Origin: Octopus sinensis | Lineage: Eukaryota | DNA length: 6,014 bases | Reading direction: 5' to 3' | NCBI RefSeq assembly: GCF_006345805.1 | Contig: NW_021829419.1 | Coordinates: 1 to 6,014, forward strand | Shown: positions 5,684 through 6,014 of the stretch, in pieces | Layout of the letters: every line of letters starts with the position of its first letter | Position numbering within the stretch: the first letter of the stretch is position 1 | The notes under the pieces: model-generated | The model's input: the letters and a program-made list of their open reading frames with translations, nothing else | Database searches by the model: none | Told to the model about the DNA's origin: nothing | Translations under genes and position numbers: made by a program

Positions 5684-5730
5684 TAATAATAATATTATTA
5701 TTAATATTATCATTATTACTATTATTATTA
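5683..5730. repeat. (AAT)n/(ATT)n low-complexity tract
   Basis: Read directly. Confidence 0.9.
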
Positions 5731-5870
5731 GAGCTGGAACGATATCCTTTCTGCGTGCAATTCAATTGTTTCTCTTTGGTTCAATCAAGATCACAACCTG
5801 TTAGATGAAGTAATAGGGATATGCGACCCCGAAGCCAAAGGTTCCACACATGTACATAGAGGGAAGAAGA

Positions 5871-5885
5871 AAGAGAGAGACAGAC

Positions 5886-5936
<51 letters not shown>
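5871..5936. repeat. (AG)n followed by (GACA)12
   Basis: The pure GACA run is 5889-5936. Confidence 0.95.
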
Positions 5937-5938
<2 letters not shown>

Positions 5939-6014
5939 CAAAGATGGACAATGGTGAGAGAATAATACTTGATGGATAGGAAATAATAAAGACGATTTTC
6001 ACGTATACGTAGAT

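Noticed and set aside
5731-5810. Minus-strand acceptor CTATTACTTCATCTAACAG| (exon would start at 5790)
   Set aside because: All three following frames hit stops within 12 codons and no donor is evident; it could only be UTR, which cannot be supported here.
1-6014. CRISPR array, tRNA or rRNA genes, prokaryotic operon-type system
   Set aside because: No regularly spaced repeat-spacer units, no cloverleaf (the tRNA-like boxes belong to SINEs), and the composition is that of a repeat-rich animal genome.

Overview
Very AT-rich, microsatellite-saturated eukaryotic DNA, intergenic or intronic. The SINE, LINE and Penelope repeats resemble those I recall from Octopus; this is recognition from memory, not a database hit. 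No intact protein-coding gene is supported, and nearly every ORF in the supplied track is a translated simple repeat. The window holds: (1) a stop-free 73-codon Penelope-like GIY-YIG endonuclease fragment on the minus strand, absent from the ORF track because it has no ATG; (2) two different Penelope-type terminal-repeat fragments, each with a damaged hammerhead ribozyme, both on the minus strand; (3) a near-complete tRNA-derived SINE plus several SINE fragments; (4) a Helitron/Helentron-like non-autonomous element with an internal duplication; (5) a ~144-bp inverted duplication whose left arm is split by a 5'-truncated CR1-group LINE with a 7-bp TSD, so the right arm is the empty site; (6) many di-, tri- and tetranucleotide repeats. 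A few short unique segments could be exons of a host gene, but strand and identity cannot be resolved. I see no evidence of a wholly new biological system. The best leads are the hammerhead variants and the nested insertion/inversion history.
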